Source: Elusimicrobiota bacterium (GTDB lineage Bacteria; Elusimicrobiota; Elusimicrobia; FEN-1173). From it: a stretch of 64,000 bases of DNA. The stretch covers positions 25,494 through 89,493 of the forward strand of contig JAEURZ010000008.1 of assembly GCA_016788905.1 (NCBI GenBank), read 5' to 3'. Positions 1 to 8,251 of the stretch are shown here, in pieces. How positions within the stretch are numbered: the first letter of the stretch is position 1; every line of letters begins with the position of its first letter. Under the pieces are notes generated by a model, which saw only the letters and a list, made by a program, of their open reading frames with translations, did no database searches and was not told the origin of the DNA. Made by a program: the position numbers and the translations under genes.

Positions 1-1
1 T

Positions 2-784
2 CTCCCGGGTTTTACGGAAGTTATAGAAGACCGTGCTAAACTTCTTTTCCGGTCTCACCTCTTTGCGGGTGCGGGGTGGTCCCGAGCTTATCAACGAATG
101 ATGGAGGAAGCTCTGCGGTGGATGGATTTGCCGGAACCGGCCCGGGCGCGGTTGGCCCAATATGTTTATGATCTGTTTCAATGGGGTGGTCCGGATTACG
201 CCCGTCGTTACGTTACCCGTCTGTGGGGAGTGTATCGGAAAGACCAAAAAGATCGAGGTTTCCAAGCCACGCTGTCTGTGATGGGAAACCTCCACCGGGT
301 GATGGCCATCAAAGACGAGGTCTATGTGGCGCATCTGTTGACGGGGGAAGAAAAATACCGTCGGGACAAAGCCCGCTATCGTGTGGACGAAGAACGTGGC
401 GATCGATTGGAATATGTTCATTTAAACCGGCCCAACTTTACGGTTTTGGGACGGAATATTCAGTTTGATTGGCGCTCGCGGCAGTGGCAACTGAAAGTCA
501 TGAAACACCTTCGCTTCCTCCGGCGCGTTTTGCCGGGATGGCACGCTGATGAACGGTCTTTCCGTTCGTGGTATGAGTCGCTCACGGATGATTTCACTCT
601 TTTCTCGGATGATGAAGTTTATGGTTTGTATGTGGAGCTTTTATCCCTTCCAGGGGAGGTTCGCGGCTACCGGGAAATTCGTGCCCCAAAAATGGAGGCG
701 GCGCGTGAACGGGCAAAAATCCTTCTTAGGCGAATTCAGGAAAAGACCCCTAACGCTTCCCCAGTTCCCATGACTCACGGATGA
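2..784 (+). CDS. indolepyruvate/2-oxoacid:ferredoxin oxidoreductase family protein, C-terminal fragment (5' end outside window)
   Basis: The reading frame is open from nt 2, with no stop upstream of the Met at 98. The tail (AIKDEVYVAHLL, VRGYREIR) resembles the conserved C-terminal region of fused IorA/IorB-type oxidoreductases. Confidence 0.6.
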   Translation, partial: LPGFTEVIEDRAKLLFRSHLFAGAGWSRAYQRMMEEALRWMDLPEPARARLAQYVYDLFQWGGPDYARRYVTRLWGVYRKDQKDRGFQATLSVMGNLHRVMAIKDEVYVAHLLTGEEKYRRDKARYRVDEERGDRLEYVHLNRPNFTVLGRNIQFDWRSRQWQLKVMKHLRFLRRVLPGWHADERSFRSWYESLTDDFTLFSDDEVYGLYVELLSLPGEVRGYREIRAPKMEAARERAKILLRRIQEKTPNASPVPMTHG

Positions 785-809
785 AGGAAGTCCCTCTCTG
801 AACCCATTT

Positions 810-1289
810 GTGAACTGTTTCCGCCGATGTTTTGTTTGGGGGGCGTCGTTACGGGCTCAGGGATTTTCTTTGGTTATTTTAAAGATGGCGATGGGGGGTG
901 TCTTCCTCGCCGGGATTCCCCTTACGGTGTGTTCCCATGGAATACGTCTGGAAAAGACGTCGAGCGCTTTAAGTGTTCAGGCTCTCGATGAGAGGGATTC
1001 CCCGGTGACGGAGGGCGACGTTACTGTTTTTCCTTCAAATGATTCTACTTCACTCTTTCGTCAGGGAAAACTGGATGGGGAAGGTCGGTTTTCTTTTTAT
1101 CCAGACCGCCCCGGTGGTTGGCGGGTTGTTGTCAAAGATGGGCGGGGGCATCGGTCGGAATTGGTCCTGGAGGGGGAGATTCCTTCTTCCCTTGTTCGTC
1201 CGGACCGGTTGTCCCGAATTTTGGCTGGGGTGGGGTTCCTCTTCGGACTTTTCGGGCTGTGGGCGTTTTATCTGCGGCGGACCAACTGA
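810..1289 (+). CDS. secreted, C-terminally membrane-anchored accessory protein of the Ni/Co ECF transporter (NikL/NikK-like role inferred)
   Basis: 159-aa ORF with a GTG start at 810 (alternative ATG at 885). It has an N-terminal hydrophobic signal-like segment, a beta-rich soluble part and a C-terminal TM helix (LAGVGFLFGLFGLWAFYL). Its stop is directly contiguous with the cbiM ATG. Confidence 0.45.
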   Translation: MNCFRRCFVWGASLRAQGFSLVILKMAMGGVFLAGIPLTVCSHGIRLEKTSSALSVQALDERDSPVTEGDVTVFPSNDSTSLFRQGKLDGEGRFSFYPDRPGGWRVVVKDGRGHRSELVLEGEIPSSLVRPDRLSRILAGVGFLFGLFGLWAFYLRRTN

Positions 1290-1934
1290 ATGCATATTTC
1301 GGATGGAATCGTTCCTGTCCCTCTGGCCGCTGCCGCGTGGGGTGTGGCGTTAGTGAGCGTGGCTCGGGGCCTTCGTTTTCTTACGCTTGAGCGCGTTCCT
1401 CGGGCGGCGCTTGTGTCCGCGGTTGTTTTTATTGCCGCAGCGACCGTTCGTTTTCCCCTGGGGGTCGCTAGTCTTCATCCTGTCCTTAACGGACTTGCGG
1501 GAATCCTTCTGGGGCCCGCCGTCCTTCCCGCGTATTTTGTTGGGTTACTCTTGCAGGCTCTGCTGCTCCAATTTGGGGGAGTGACGAGTTTGGGCTTAAA
1601 CACCTTGATTTTGGCTTTTCCAGCGGTTGGGGCTGGATACGTTTTTCGCGTTCTTCGCCGCCAGTTTCCATCAAAAAAAAACCTGTTTTGGAGTGCCGCG
1701 ATTGTGGGGGTTTTGGCGCCTCTCTTTTCTTCTGCCCTTTGGGCTGGGACTCTTTTCTTTTCTGAAAAATCTTTTGCCCCGCTTGCTTCGTTAGGAATGG
1801 TTCCCCACATTCTCCTTGCTCTCATTGAGGGGGGGGTGGCCGGAACGGTAGCGGACTATCTCGGCCGATTTCGGCCGGAATTTATTTCCTCTTCGGAGGA
1901 AGGTCTTGGTTCCTCTGCCGGGCCCCTCGATTGA
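1290..1934 (+). CDS. cbiM: cobalt/nickel ECF transporter substrate-capture component CbiM/NikM
   Basis: The protein starts MHISDG, the Met-His N-terminus typical of CbiM/NikM. It is a polytopic membrane protein and is followed by T and A components. Confidence 0.9.
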   Translation: MHISDGIVPVPLAAAAWGVALVSVARGLRFLTLERVPRAALVSAVVFIAAATVRFPLGVASLHPVLNGLAGILLGPAVLPAYFVGLLLQALLLQFGGVTSLGLNTLILAFPAVGAGYVFRVLRRQFPSKKNLFWSAAIVGVLAPLFSSALWAGTLFFSEKSFAPLASLGMVPHILLALIEGGVAGTVADYLGRFRPEFISSSEEGLGSSAGPLD

Positions 1935-1935
1935 A

Positions 1936-2670
1936 ATGAACAGGTCAAGCGTCCTTTCTTATGCGGACCCGCGGGGGAGAATTTTAATGGCTTTTGTGTT
2001 GGGGGCCATCCTTTCCTTCGTTCAAGATGATCTCTCCCTTCTGTTAGGCTTGGGGGGGGGGATGGTGGTGGCTTTCTTTTCAGGGGGTGGCCTTTGGTAT
2101 TGGGCTCGGCGTGCGGTTCGCTGGAACATTTTTTTTCTGATCGCCATCATGACCATTCCTTTCGCTTCTCCTGGCCCGGCTCTGTTTCACGTGGGAGGAT
2201 TTTCCTATGGAAGCGAAGGACTCTATTTCTCTCTCAAACTTTTGTTACGTGCCAACGCCTTATTGTTTTTATTTTCGTCTCTCGTTGGGCAAATGGATCC
2301 CTTTACACTGGCCCACGCCTTGCGCCACTTGCGAGTTCCGGAACGGTTGACCACGTTGATCTTTTTTGTGGACCGGTGCCAACAGCTGGTGTCGGTCGAA
2401 TCCGTCCTGCGCCTTCGGGCTCTGCGGGCCCGGGGATATCAATCCACTTGGAGTTTTCGTTCTTGGAGGGTGTGGGGGAACTTTGTTGGGGCGCTCCTTC
2501 TTTCCAGTTCCGATCGGGCCGATCGTTGTTTGGGGGCCATGCGTTGTCGAGGGTTTGACGGACACGTCCAGCTTTATAAGCATTTCAAAACGCGACCATT
2601 GGATATTTTCTTGTGGACGGGGGCTGCTTCGTGGGCGGTTCTTCTGGTCGTGGTGGCGAGGGGGTCATGA
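1936..2670 (+). CDS. cbiQ: ECF transporter transmembrane (T) component CbiQ
   Basis: The ATG at 1936 lies 2 nt after the cbiM stop. This polytopic membrane protein sits between cbiM and the ATPase. The ORF-track TTG start at 1906 would overlap cbiM. Confidence 0.8.
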   Translation: MNRSSVLSYADPRGRILMAFVLGAILSFVQDDLSLLLGLGGGMVVAFFSGGGLWYWARRAVRWNIFFLIAIMTIPFASPGPALFHVGGFSYGSEGLYFSLKLLLRANALLFLFSSLVGQMDPFTLAHALRHLRVPERLTTLIFFVDRCQQLVSVESVLRLRALRARGYQSTWSFRSWRVWGNFVGALLLSSSDRADRCLGAMRCRGFDGHVQLYKHFKTRPLDIFLWTGAASWAVLLVVVARGS

Positions 2671-3314
2671 CGGTTCCTGTTATTCGTTTATCCCAAGTGG
2701 GGTATTCCTATCCGGGGGGGGCGAAGATTTTCGATAAGGTCAATTTTTCGTTGGGAACCAATGAGCGCGTGGGCCTTTCCGGTCCTGTCGGAGCGGGGAA
2801 GAGCACGTTGCTCCATTTGATGGTGGGGCTTCTCGGTCGTTTCTCAGGAACCGTTGAGGTTTTTGGGCATGAATGTCACAAAGAAAAGGACTTCCAAAAA
2901 ATTCGCGGTTCGGTGGGACTCCTTTTTCAGGATCCGGATGATCAACTTTTCTGCCCTTCGGTTGAGGAAGAAGTGGCTTTCGGCCCTCTGAACCAAGGTC
3001 GGAGCCGTTTCGAGGTGGGTCAGATTGTGAAAGAGACATTGGCCCAAATGGGGTTAGTCGGTTATGAAGAGCGGGAACCTCGTCGGCTCTCCGGTGGAGA
3101 AAAAAGGTTGGTGTCCCTCGCGGCGGTGCTGGCCATGAGCCCACGGGTTCTTCTTTTGGATGAACCCACCGCGGGGTTGGACGATTCCGCCCGGCAACGA
3201 TTGCTGGCTTTGTTGGGAGGGCTTCCCATGGAAATGGTTATTGCTTCCCATGACCGGGATTTTTTGCAAACCCTGACCACGCGTTCGTTCGATTTTTGTC
3301 GGTCCACAGAATAA
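2667..3314 (+). CDS. cbiO: ECF transporter ATP-binding protein CbiO
   Basis: Walker A GPVGAGKST, ABC signature LSGGEKRLV and Walker B LLLDEP. The ATG at 2667 overlaps the cbiQ stop (ATGA). Confidence 0.9.
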   Translation: MTVPVIRLSQVGYSYPGGAKIFDKVNFSLGTNERVGLSGPVGAGKSTLLHLMVGLLGRFSGTVEVFGHECHKEKDFQKIRGSVGLLFQDPDDQLFCPSVEEEVAFGPLNQGRSRFEVGQIVKETLAQMGLVGYEEREPRRLSGGEKRLVSLAAVLAMSPRVLLLDEPTAGLDDSARQRLLALLGGLPMEMVIASHDRDFLQTLTTRSFDFCRSTE

Positions 3315-3324
3315 TGCTAACATT

Positions 3325-3900
3325 GTGATCATGATTAAAATTCGCCGAGCTAAAATTGGAGATGTTCGTGGGATGCACAAAATGTTGGGTGTTTTTTCGG
3401 AACGGAAAGAACTTCTCCCACGGGCGATTTCGGAGTTGTTTGAAAACCTCCAACAATTTCATGTCGCTGACGACAAGGGACGACTGGTCGGGTGTTGTTC
3501 TCTGGCCGTTCAGTGGGACAATCTGGCGGAAGTGAAGGCTTTAGCGGTGGACCCAGACTACCAAGGACGGGGGATAGGACGTCGGTTGGTGAACGCCTGT
3601 TTGAAGGACGCGGGTGTTTTGGGTGTGACGCGGATTTTTGCGCTGACCATGAAGGATGGTTTTTTTTCAAAAATCGGGTTCAATCGTGTGGAGAAAAACT
3701 TTCTTCCTCACAAGGTATGGACCGAGTGTGTTCGATGTCCTTATTTCCCAGACACCTGTGTGGAAATCGCCATGGTGAAAGATCTCGGGGGTGTGCCGCC
3801 GCCTCCAGCGTTTAAAGCGGCTGATCTTCCGTCTGACGGAACCGTCCCCGTAGAGCCGGAAGGGTTCTCCCCTGTCACCAAGAAACGTAATAGACGCTGA
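3325..3900 (+). CDS. GNAT family N-acetyltransferase (ArgA-like small acetyltransferase)
   Basis: GNAT motif A (QGRGIGRRLV) within the expected beta-alpha context. The C-terminus is a Pro-rich tail. Confidence 0.8.
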   Translation: MIMIKIRRAKIGDVRGMHKMLGVFSERKELLPRAISELFENLQQFHVADDKGRLVGCCSLAVQWDNLAEVKALAVDPDYQGRGIGRRLVNACLKDAGVLGVTRIFALTMKDGFFSKIGFNRVEKNFLPHKVWTECVRCPYFPDTCVEIAMVKDLGGVPPPPAFKAADLPSDGTVPVEPEGFSPVTKKRNRR

Positions 3901-3921
3901 CTCTCCGTCGACAAAAAAATG

Positions 3922-3950
3922 TTGACCGATTTCAATTGATGTTGTATCAT
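3922..3950 (+). promoter_or_regulatory. sigma70-like promoter of rplM-rpsI (TTGACC-N17-TATCAT)
   Basis: -35 hexamer at 3922-3927, a 17-nt spacer, and -10 hexamer at 3945-3950. This is hexamer matching only. Confidence 0.5.
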
Positions 3951-3957
3951 GCTCCCC

Positions 3958-4446
3958 ATGTTCGCAGCACAAACTAAATTTCCTAAATCTTCCACCGTTG
4001 TTCGTCGCTGGTATTTGGTTGACGCGGACGGTGTTTCGCTGGGGCGGTTGGCTGCCTTGAGCGCTGGACTTTTACGTGGTAAAGGTAAAACCACATTCTC
4101 CTCCCATGTGGACCAAGGGGATGGTGTGGTGGTGGTGAATGCCGCGAAGGTTGTTCTGACTGGGAACAAGAAAACGCAGAAAATGGATTTTCGCGCGTCC
4201 GGATATCGGGGCGGGCAGACATTAACTCCCTACGAACGGCTTTTGGAACATAAACCTGAACGCGCTGTTGAATTGGCCGTCAGTGGTATGCTTCCCAAGA
4301 ATCGGCTTCGTTCCCGGTTTATGCGACGTCTTAAAGTTTTTCGTGCGGGTGAGGGTGCGGTTCAATACCCCATGGCCGTTGCTGTGGACACAAAAGATCC
4401 AAAAATAAAATCAGGCGGCCCCTTTGCAATAGCCGCGGCGAAGTAA
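3958..4446 (+). CDS. rplM: 50S ribosomal protein L13
   Basis: RRWYLVDA, GRLA, TGNK and GMLPKN motifs line up with E. coli L13. The start is set at ATG 3958 because the in-frame ATG at 3949 overlaps the -10 hexamer. Confidence 0.9.
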   Translation: MFAAQTKFPKSSTVVRRWYLVDADGVSLGRLAALSAGLLRGKGKTTFSSHVDQGDGVVVVNAAKVVLTGNKKTQKMDFRASGYRGGQTLTPYERLLEHKPERAVELAVSGMLPKNRLRSRFMRRLKVFRAGEGAVQYPMAVAVDTKDPKIKSGGPFAIAAAK

Positions 4447-4467
4447 CCCTTCCGCGAGGAACTCCCG

Positions 4468-4887
4468 ATGACCGAAGCCACTCTTGAAATTACCCGTCAA
4501 AAACCACTTTGGGCCACAGGCCGGCGAAAGTCCGCCGTGGCGCGTGTCCGTGTGGTCCCGGGGGAAGGGCGGATCGTTCTTAACGGAAAAACACTAGAAG
4601 ATTTTTTTGGTGGGAATGAACGACAAAAAGCGGCGGCTTTGGCCCCCTTTCATTTAGCAAAGACACTTGAGAAATTTGACCTTTTTATCAGTACGTCGGG
4701 CGGTGGGATTACCGGCCAAGCGGAATCCATTCGGCTCGGGATTGCGCGAGCCATGGTGGATATGGATCCCACGCTGCGAACCGCTCTTCGCGCGAAAGGA
4801 TTTTTGACGCGTGACCCGCGTGAAGTGGAACGCAAAAAATCTGGGCAACCCAAAGCTCGGAAGCGCTACCAACACTCCAAGCGGTAG
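4468..4887 (+). CDS. rpsI: 30S ribosomal protein S9
   Basis: GRRKSAVARV near the N-terminus and a basic C-terminus ending KARKRYQHSKR. The gene has the conserved position after rplM. Confidence 0.95.
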   Translation: MTEATLEITRQKPLWATGRRKSAVARVRVVPGEGRIVLNGKTLEDFFGGNERQKAAALAPFHLAKTLEKFDLFISTSGGGITGQAESIRLGIARAMVDMDPTLRTALRAKGFLTRDPREVERKKSGQPKARKRYQHSKR

Positions 4888-4931
4888 TTTTTTTCTCGGG
4901 GTTTCATGACCGAGAACAAATTCCAAACATA

Positions 4932-6128
4932 ATGTCGGCGCTTACCCTTCTTCAGAAGGCTGAGCCATTGGTCCTTCTGGAAGAATGGCGGAAAGCTCAC
5001 GACATTCTCCGTCGGGCACGTCAGTTGCCATCCGATCCTTTTCTTAAAGCCGAAATATTTTCTCGGGACGCTGAATGTCTTCAGGGCTTGGGTCGTTTTC
5101 GAGACGCCCATTCTTGTTATTCCTCGGCCTACCTCCTCTACAAAAAACTTAATGTTCAGTCTGAACAGTTCTCTTCTTTAGTTGGGGCGAGTTCTTGTTT
5201 ACGTATTTTGGGAAAATATTCTACAGCCTATCGGATGTGGCAGTCGGTGGAGGGGGCGTTTGTCTTGAAGGGGATCATTCCTCTTGGTGTTCCTATGGAG
5301 CGAGCGTTGGTTTCTCGTGGGTTAGGACTTTTTTCCGAGACCCGAAGTCGCATGAGGGGGGTTCTCCAAATTCTTCTTACTCAAAAAAATGAAGATAATC
5401 TATCGGAACGTCAGCATGTGTATTGGATTTTGGGAGGGCTTGAACGGTTTACAGGCCACTTTCTTAAAGCTCGGAATTGTTTTAAGAAGGCGGTTGTTTT
5501 TGCCCAAAATTTAAAAAACGGTTCTGCAGAGGCTTTCGCTCTTTGTGGTTTGGCAGGGGTTCAGCGGGTGTTGGGGGACGATCTTTCCTCAATTCGGAAT
5601 TATCAGCGCGCGCATGGACTTTTAAAAAAGGAAGGTGACCCTTTTGGGGAAGCGTATGGATTGTGCGGGTGCGCGAACGCCTTCCGGGTGTTTGGGGACG
5701 CTCATAAAACTTTACCGCTTTATCGGCGGTCCGCGGCGATCTACAAGCGACTTGGGGATGAGAGCAGTGAAGCGTTTGCCTACTGGGGAATGGGGGGAAG
5801 TCTTCGGCGATTGAAGTCGTTAGATCGGGCAGACTCCTTTTACCGAAGAGCACTGAAACTTTTTTTGAAATCCAAAGACGATCGCGGTCACGTGATGACG
5901 CGTTTAGGGCTGGCACGGGTTGCGGAAGATCGCGGACACAGATCGTTGGCGCTTCGTGAGGTAAGTAAAGCTTTTTCCGTTGCCGATCATTCCAAGCTTC
6001 GTTATGAAAAATCTTTGTCCCTTTACGAGCGGGGACGTATTCGCCGGCCAACTCGGCTCCCGCACGAGATCCTTCGGCCGTTAGGGATATCCTTGAGTGT
6101 CCTTCGACGTTGGAGGGACATCCCGTGA
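4932..6128 (+). CDS. tetratricopeptide (TPR) repeat protein
   Basis: 398-aa ORF with a repeating ~34-40-aa pattern (A/G-x-A/Y-x-G-L-A/G, R-x-L-G-D). Confidence 0.65.
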   Translation: MSALTLLQKAEPLVLLEEWRKAHDILRRARQLPSDPFLKAEIFSRDAECLQGLGRFRDAHSCYSSAYLLYKKLNVQSEQFSSLVGASSCLRILGKYSTAYRMWQSVEGAFVLKGIIPLGVPMERALVSRGLGLFSETRSRMRGVLQILLTQKNEDNLSERQHVYWILGGLERFTGHFLKARNCFKKAVVFAQNLKNGSAEAFALCGLAGVQRVLGDDLSSIRNYQRAHGLLKKEGDPFGEAYGLCGCANAFRVFGDAHKTLPLYRRSAAIYKRLGDESSEAFAYWGMGGSLRRLKSLDRADSFYRRALKLFLKSKDDRGHVMTRLGLARVAEDRGHRSLALREVSKAFSVADHSKLRYEKSLSLYERGRIRRPTRLPHEILRPLGISLSVLRRWRDIP

Positions 6129-6167
6129 GATCAATGTGTTAAAATACGAAAAAGAAAGGGGGTCTTT

Positions 6168-7097
6168 ATGCGATTTTTAGTCACAGGGGCTGGGGGGTTA
6201 ATCGGGGCGAACATCGCCTTGAATTTTCAAGGGCGCGGACATGAGGTTCATGCGTTGGATCATTTTGACGTGGGCCGTCGTGAGAACTTGGCGGATTTTC
6301 GGGGGCCGATTCATCAAGGGGATATCCGGAACTTTAACTATAAATCTCTCGGACGGTTTGACGGGATTTTTCATCAGGCGGCGATCACGGACACAACTGT
6401 CATGGACGAAAACCTGATGCGATCCGTCAATGTGGAAGCTTTTGTTAGAATTTTGGACTACGCAAAAATAAGCGGTTGTCCCAAAGTGGTCTACGCCTCA
6501 AGTGCCGCTACTTATGGAAAAGGGGTTCCACCCAATCGGGAAGATCAGGTCCCTCAGCCCGCGAACATTTATGGGGTCAGCAAAGCGGAGATGGAAAAAG
6601 CCGCGCGGGCGTTCACGGAGGGAAACCCTTCGGTCAAAGCGGTGGGGTTGAGATATTTTAATGTTTATGGCCCCCTGGAGTTTCACAAGAAGGCCGCGGC
6701 GAGCATGATCTATCAGCTCTATCGGCAAATCGCGGAGGGACGTTCCCCCAAGGTGTTTAAGTGGGGAGATCAATACCGAGATTTTATTTATGTGAAGGAT
6801 GTGGTGGAAGCCAACTGGAAGGCGTTTGGTTTTTCAGGAAATGGTGTGTTCAATGTGGGAACCGGCAAAGGAACTAGTTTCAATCAAGTGATTGCTGTTT
6901 TAAATGAGGCCTTAGGGGTTTCCCGCCCGACAACGTATATTGAGAACCCTTACGGGTTCTACCAAGACGCGACCTGCGCCGACACGTTTCATGGGGAAAA
7001 GGTTCTCGGTTGGAAGTCCGTGTTTAGCCCGGAAGAAGGAATTACCGATTATGTCCGGTGGTTAAATTCTCAGGGTAAAACGGTCGTCCGCAACTGA
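6168..7097 (+). CDS. hldD: ADP-L-glycero-D-manno-heptose-6-epimerase
   Basis: Motifs GAGGLIG, YASSAATYG, YGVSK, RYFNVYGP, DFIYVKDV and FNVGTG are colinear with E. coli HldD/RfaD. An AAGGGGG Shine-Dalgarno sequence lies upstream. Confidence 0.8.
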   Translation: MRFLVTGAGGLIGANIALNFQGRGHEVHALDHFDVGRRENLADFRGPIHQGDIRNFNYKSLGRFDGIFHQAAITDTTVMDENLMRSVNVEAFVRILDYAKISGCPKVVYASSAATYGKGVPPNREDQVPQPANIYGVSKAEMEKAARAFTEGNPSVKAVGLRYFNVYGPLEFHKKAAASMIYQLYRQIAEGRSPKVFKWGDQYRDFIYVKDVVEANWKAFGFSGNGVFNVGTGKGTSFNQVIAVLNEALGVSRPTTYIENPYGFYQDATCADTFHGEKVLGWKSVFSPEEGITDYVRWLNSQGKTVVRN

Positions 7098-7122
7098 GTG
7101 AGTTTCTCTCTTTCGATGAACG

Positions 7123-7151
7123 AAGACGGGCGGGTCGGGCGTCTTGTTTTT
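7123..7151 (+). terminator. possible intrinsic terminator between convergent hldD and the 7150-7482 gene
   Basis: A 6-bp stem (AAGACG at 7123-7128 pairing with CGTCTT at 7140-7145) with an 11-nt loop, followed by GTTTTT. The stem is weak. Confidence 0.3.
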
Positions 7152-7482
7152 AGATTTTTTCGTTTCGGCGAATGACCAGTGCGTTCTTGGTGACAATCCG
7201 CCGTGTAAAAAAAAGTTCCGCTCCAACCAAAAAACAAAATCCTAAAAGGTAAGTCGACAGGGGGGACAGGATTCCTTCGACTAAGATGTAGACGGCCAAT
7301 AAAAAAACAAACACCCCCAAGAGAAGTGAGAGAATAAAAAAATCTCCCCGATTTCTTAAAAAGAGCATTTCTCCGCAGGTGGAACAGTCAATGGATTGAA
7401 AGGGTGTGGCGATACTCATAACTTCAAAGAAAGTGACGGGCCCTTCACAACTGGGACATCTGGTTTTTGGAAAAAGCACCAT
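7150..7482 (-). CDS. small zinc-ribbon membrane protein, function unknown
   Basis: 110 aa with CPSC-x20-CSTC at the N-terminus, followed by two hydrophobic helices. Confidence 0.5.
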   Translation of the reverse strand: MVLFPKTRCPSCEGPVTFFEVMSIATPFQSIDCSTCGEMLFLRNRGDFFILSLLLGVFVFLLAVYILVEGILSPLSTYLLGFCFLVGAELFFTRRIVTKNALVIRRNEKI

Positions 7483-7491
7483 GGCCTTCTC

Positions 7492-7520
7492 TATTTACAC
7501 CCCGTTCATCCTTTTGTCAA
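7492..7520 (-). promoter_or_regulatory. candidate promoter for the 7150-7482 gene (TTGACA-N17-TAAATA)
   Basis: On the minus strand the -35 maps to 7515-7520 and the -10 to 7492-7497. The ATG lies 9 nt downstream of the -10. Confidence 0.35.
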
Positions 7521-7543
7521 GTCTCGGGGAATTGGGGAACCAG

Positions 7544-7630
7544 CGGAGGGAGTGAGATTTGAACTCACGAGGGGCGTAAACCCCTACCGCTTTTCGAGAG
7601 CGGCGCCTTCAACCACTCGGCCATCCCTCC
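7544..7630 (-). tRNA. tRNA-Ser (anticodon CGA)
   Basis: Hand-folded cloverleaf: acceptor GGAGGGA/TCCCTCC, anticodon stem CCGCT/AGCGG with loop CTCGAAA, long variable arm, T-arm GTGAG-TTCAAAT-CTCAC, discriminator G. No CCA is encoded. Confidence 0.9.
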
Positions 7631-7656
7631 GCTGGTCCCCCGATATTCTAGAACAC

Positions 7657-8130
7657 CTAAATTTTTCGTCGACCAGAGAAGTCTCGCCGAAGTTCCCGAT
7701 CCAGGTCCTTCCGTTTCATGTCTTCCCGTTGATCAGGGGCATTTTTCCCCTTGGCAAGTCCTAGTTTAACCTTGGCGTATCCGGAGTCCCCAAAATATAT
7801 CTCCAACGGAATCAGCGTTAACCCTTTTATCGTCATTTTCCCAATCAGGCGTTTAATTTCAGCCTTGTGAAGAAGAATTTTACGTCGCCGGGTCGGAAGT
7901 TGTTCCACATGCAGCGACCCTTGTTTGTAGGGGGCAATGTGAACGTTCCAAAGAAAGACCTCGCCTCGATCCAAGCGACCAAAGCCGTCATCCAGGCTGG
8001 CGTCTCCCGCTCGGAGGGATTTTACTTCAGGCCCCGTAAGAGTTAGGCCGCCGTCAAACGATTCCAAAATGTGGTATTTGTGGAACGCTCGACGGTTTCG
8101 AGCAACCACTTTCACAAAACCATCCCCCAT
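7657..8130 (-). CDS. smpB: SsrA-binding protein SmpB
   Basis: NRRAFHKYHI, GxEVKSLR, F-L-x-N-x-HI-x-PY and basic C-terminal tail motifs. The start is set at ATG 8130 because the longer ORF (to 8166) would run into tRNA-Leu. Confidence 0.9.
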   Translation of the reverse strand: MGDGFVKVVARNRRAFHKYHILESFDGGLTLTGPEVKSLRAGDASLDDGFGRLDRGEVFLWNVHIAPYKQGSLHVEQLPTRRRKILLHKAEIKRLIGKMTIKGLTLIPLEIYFGDSGYAKVKLGLAKGKNAPDQREDMKRKDLDRELRRDFSGRRKI

Positions 8131-8139
8131 TCCGGACAC

Positions 8140-8223
8140 TGCGCGGGACAGGATTTGAACCTGCACAGGCTTGCGCCCATAAGCTCCTGAGGCTTACGTG
8201 TCTGCCAATTCCACCACCCGCGC
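8140..8223 (-). tRNA. tRNA-Leu (anticodon CAG)
   Basis: Hand-folded: acceptor GCGCGGG/CCCGCGC, anticodon stem TAAGC/GCTTA with loop CTCAGGA, long variable arm, TTCAAAT T-loop, discriminator A. No CCA is encoded. Confidence 0.9.
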
Positions 8224-8251
8224 GGTGTCCGGACTTCGGAAATTGTTCGCT

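Noticed and set aside
784-885. Possible NiCo or cobalamin riboswitch ahead of the Ni/Co transporter.
   Set aside because: The gap is 100 nt or less, depending on the start codon, and I saw no conserved riboswitch core or stable multi-stem structure.
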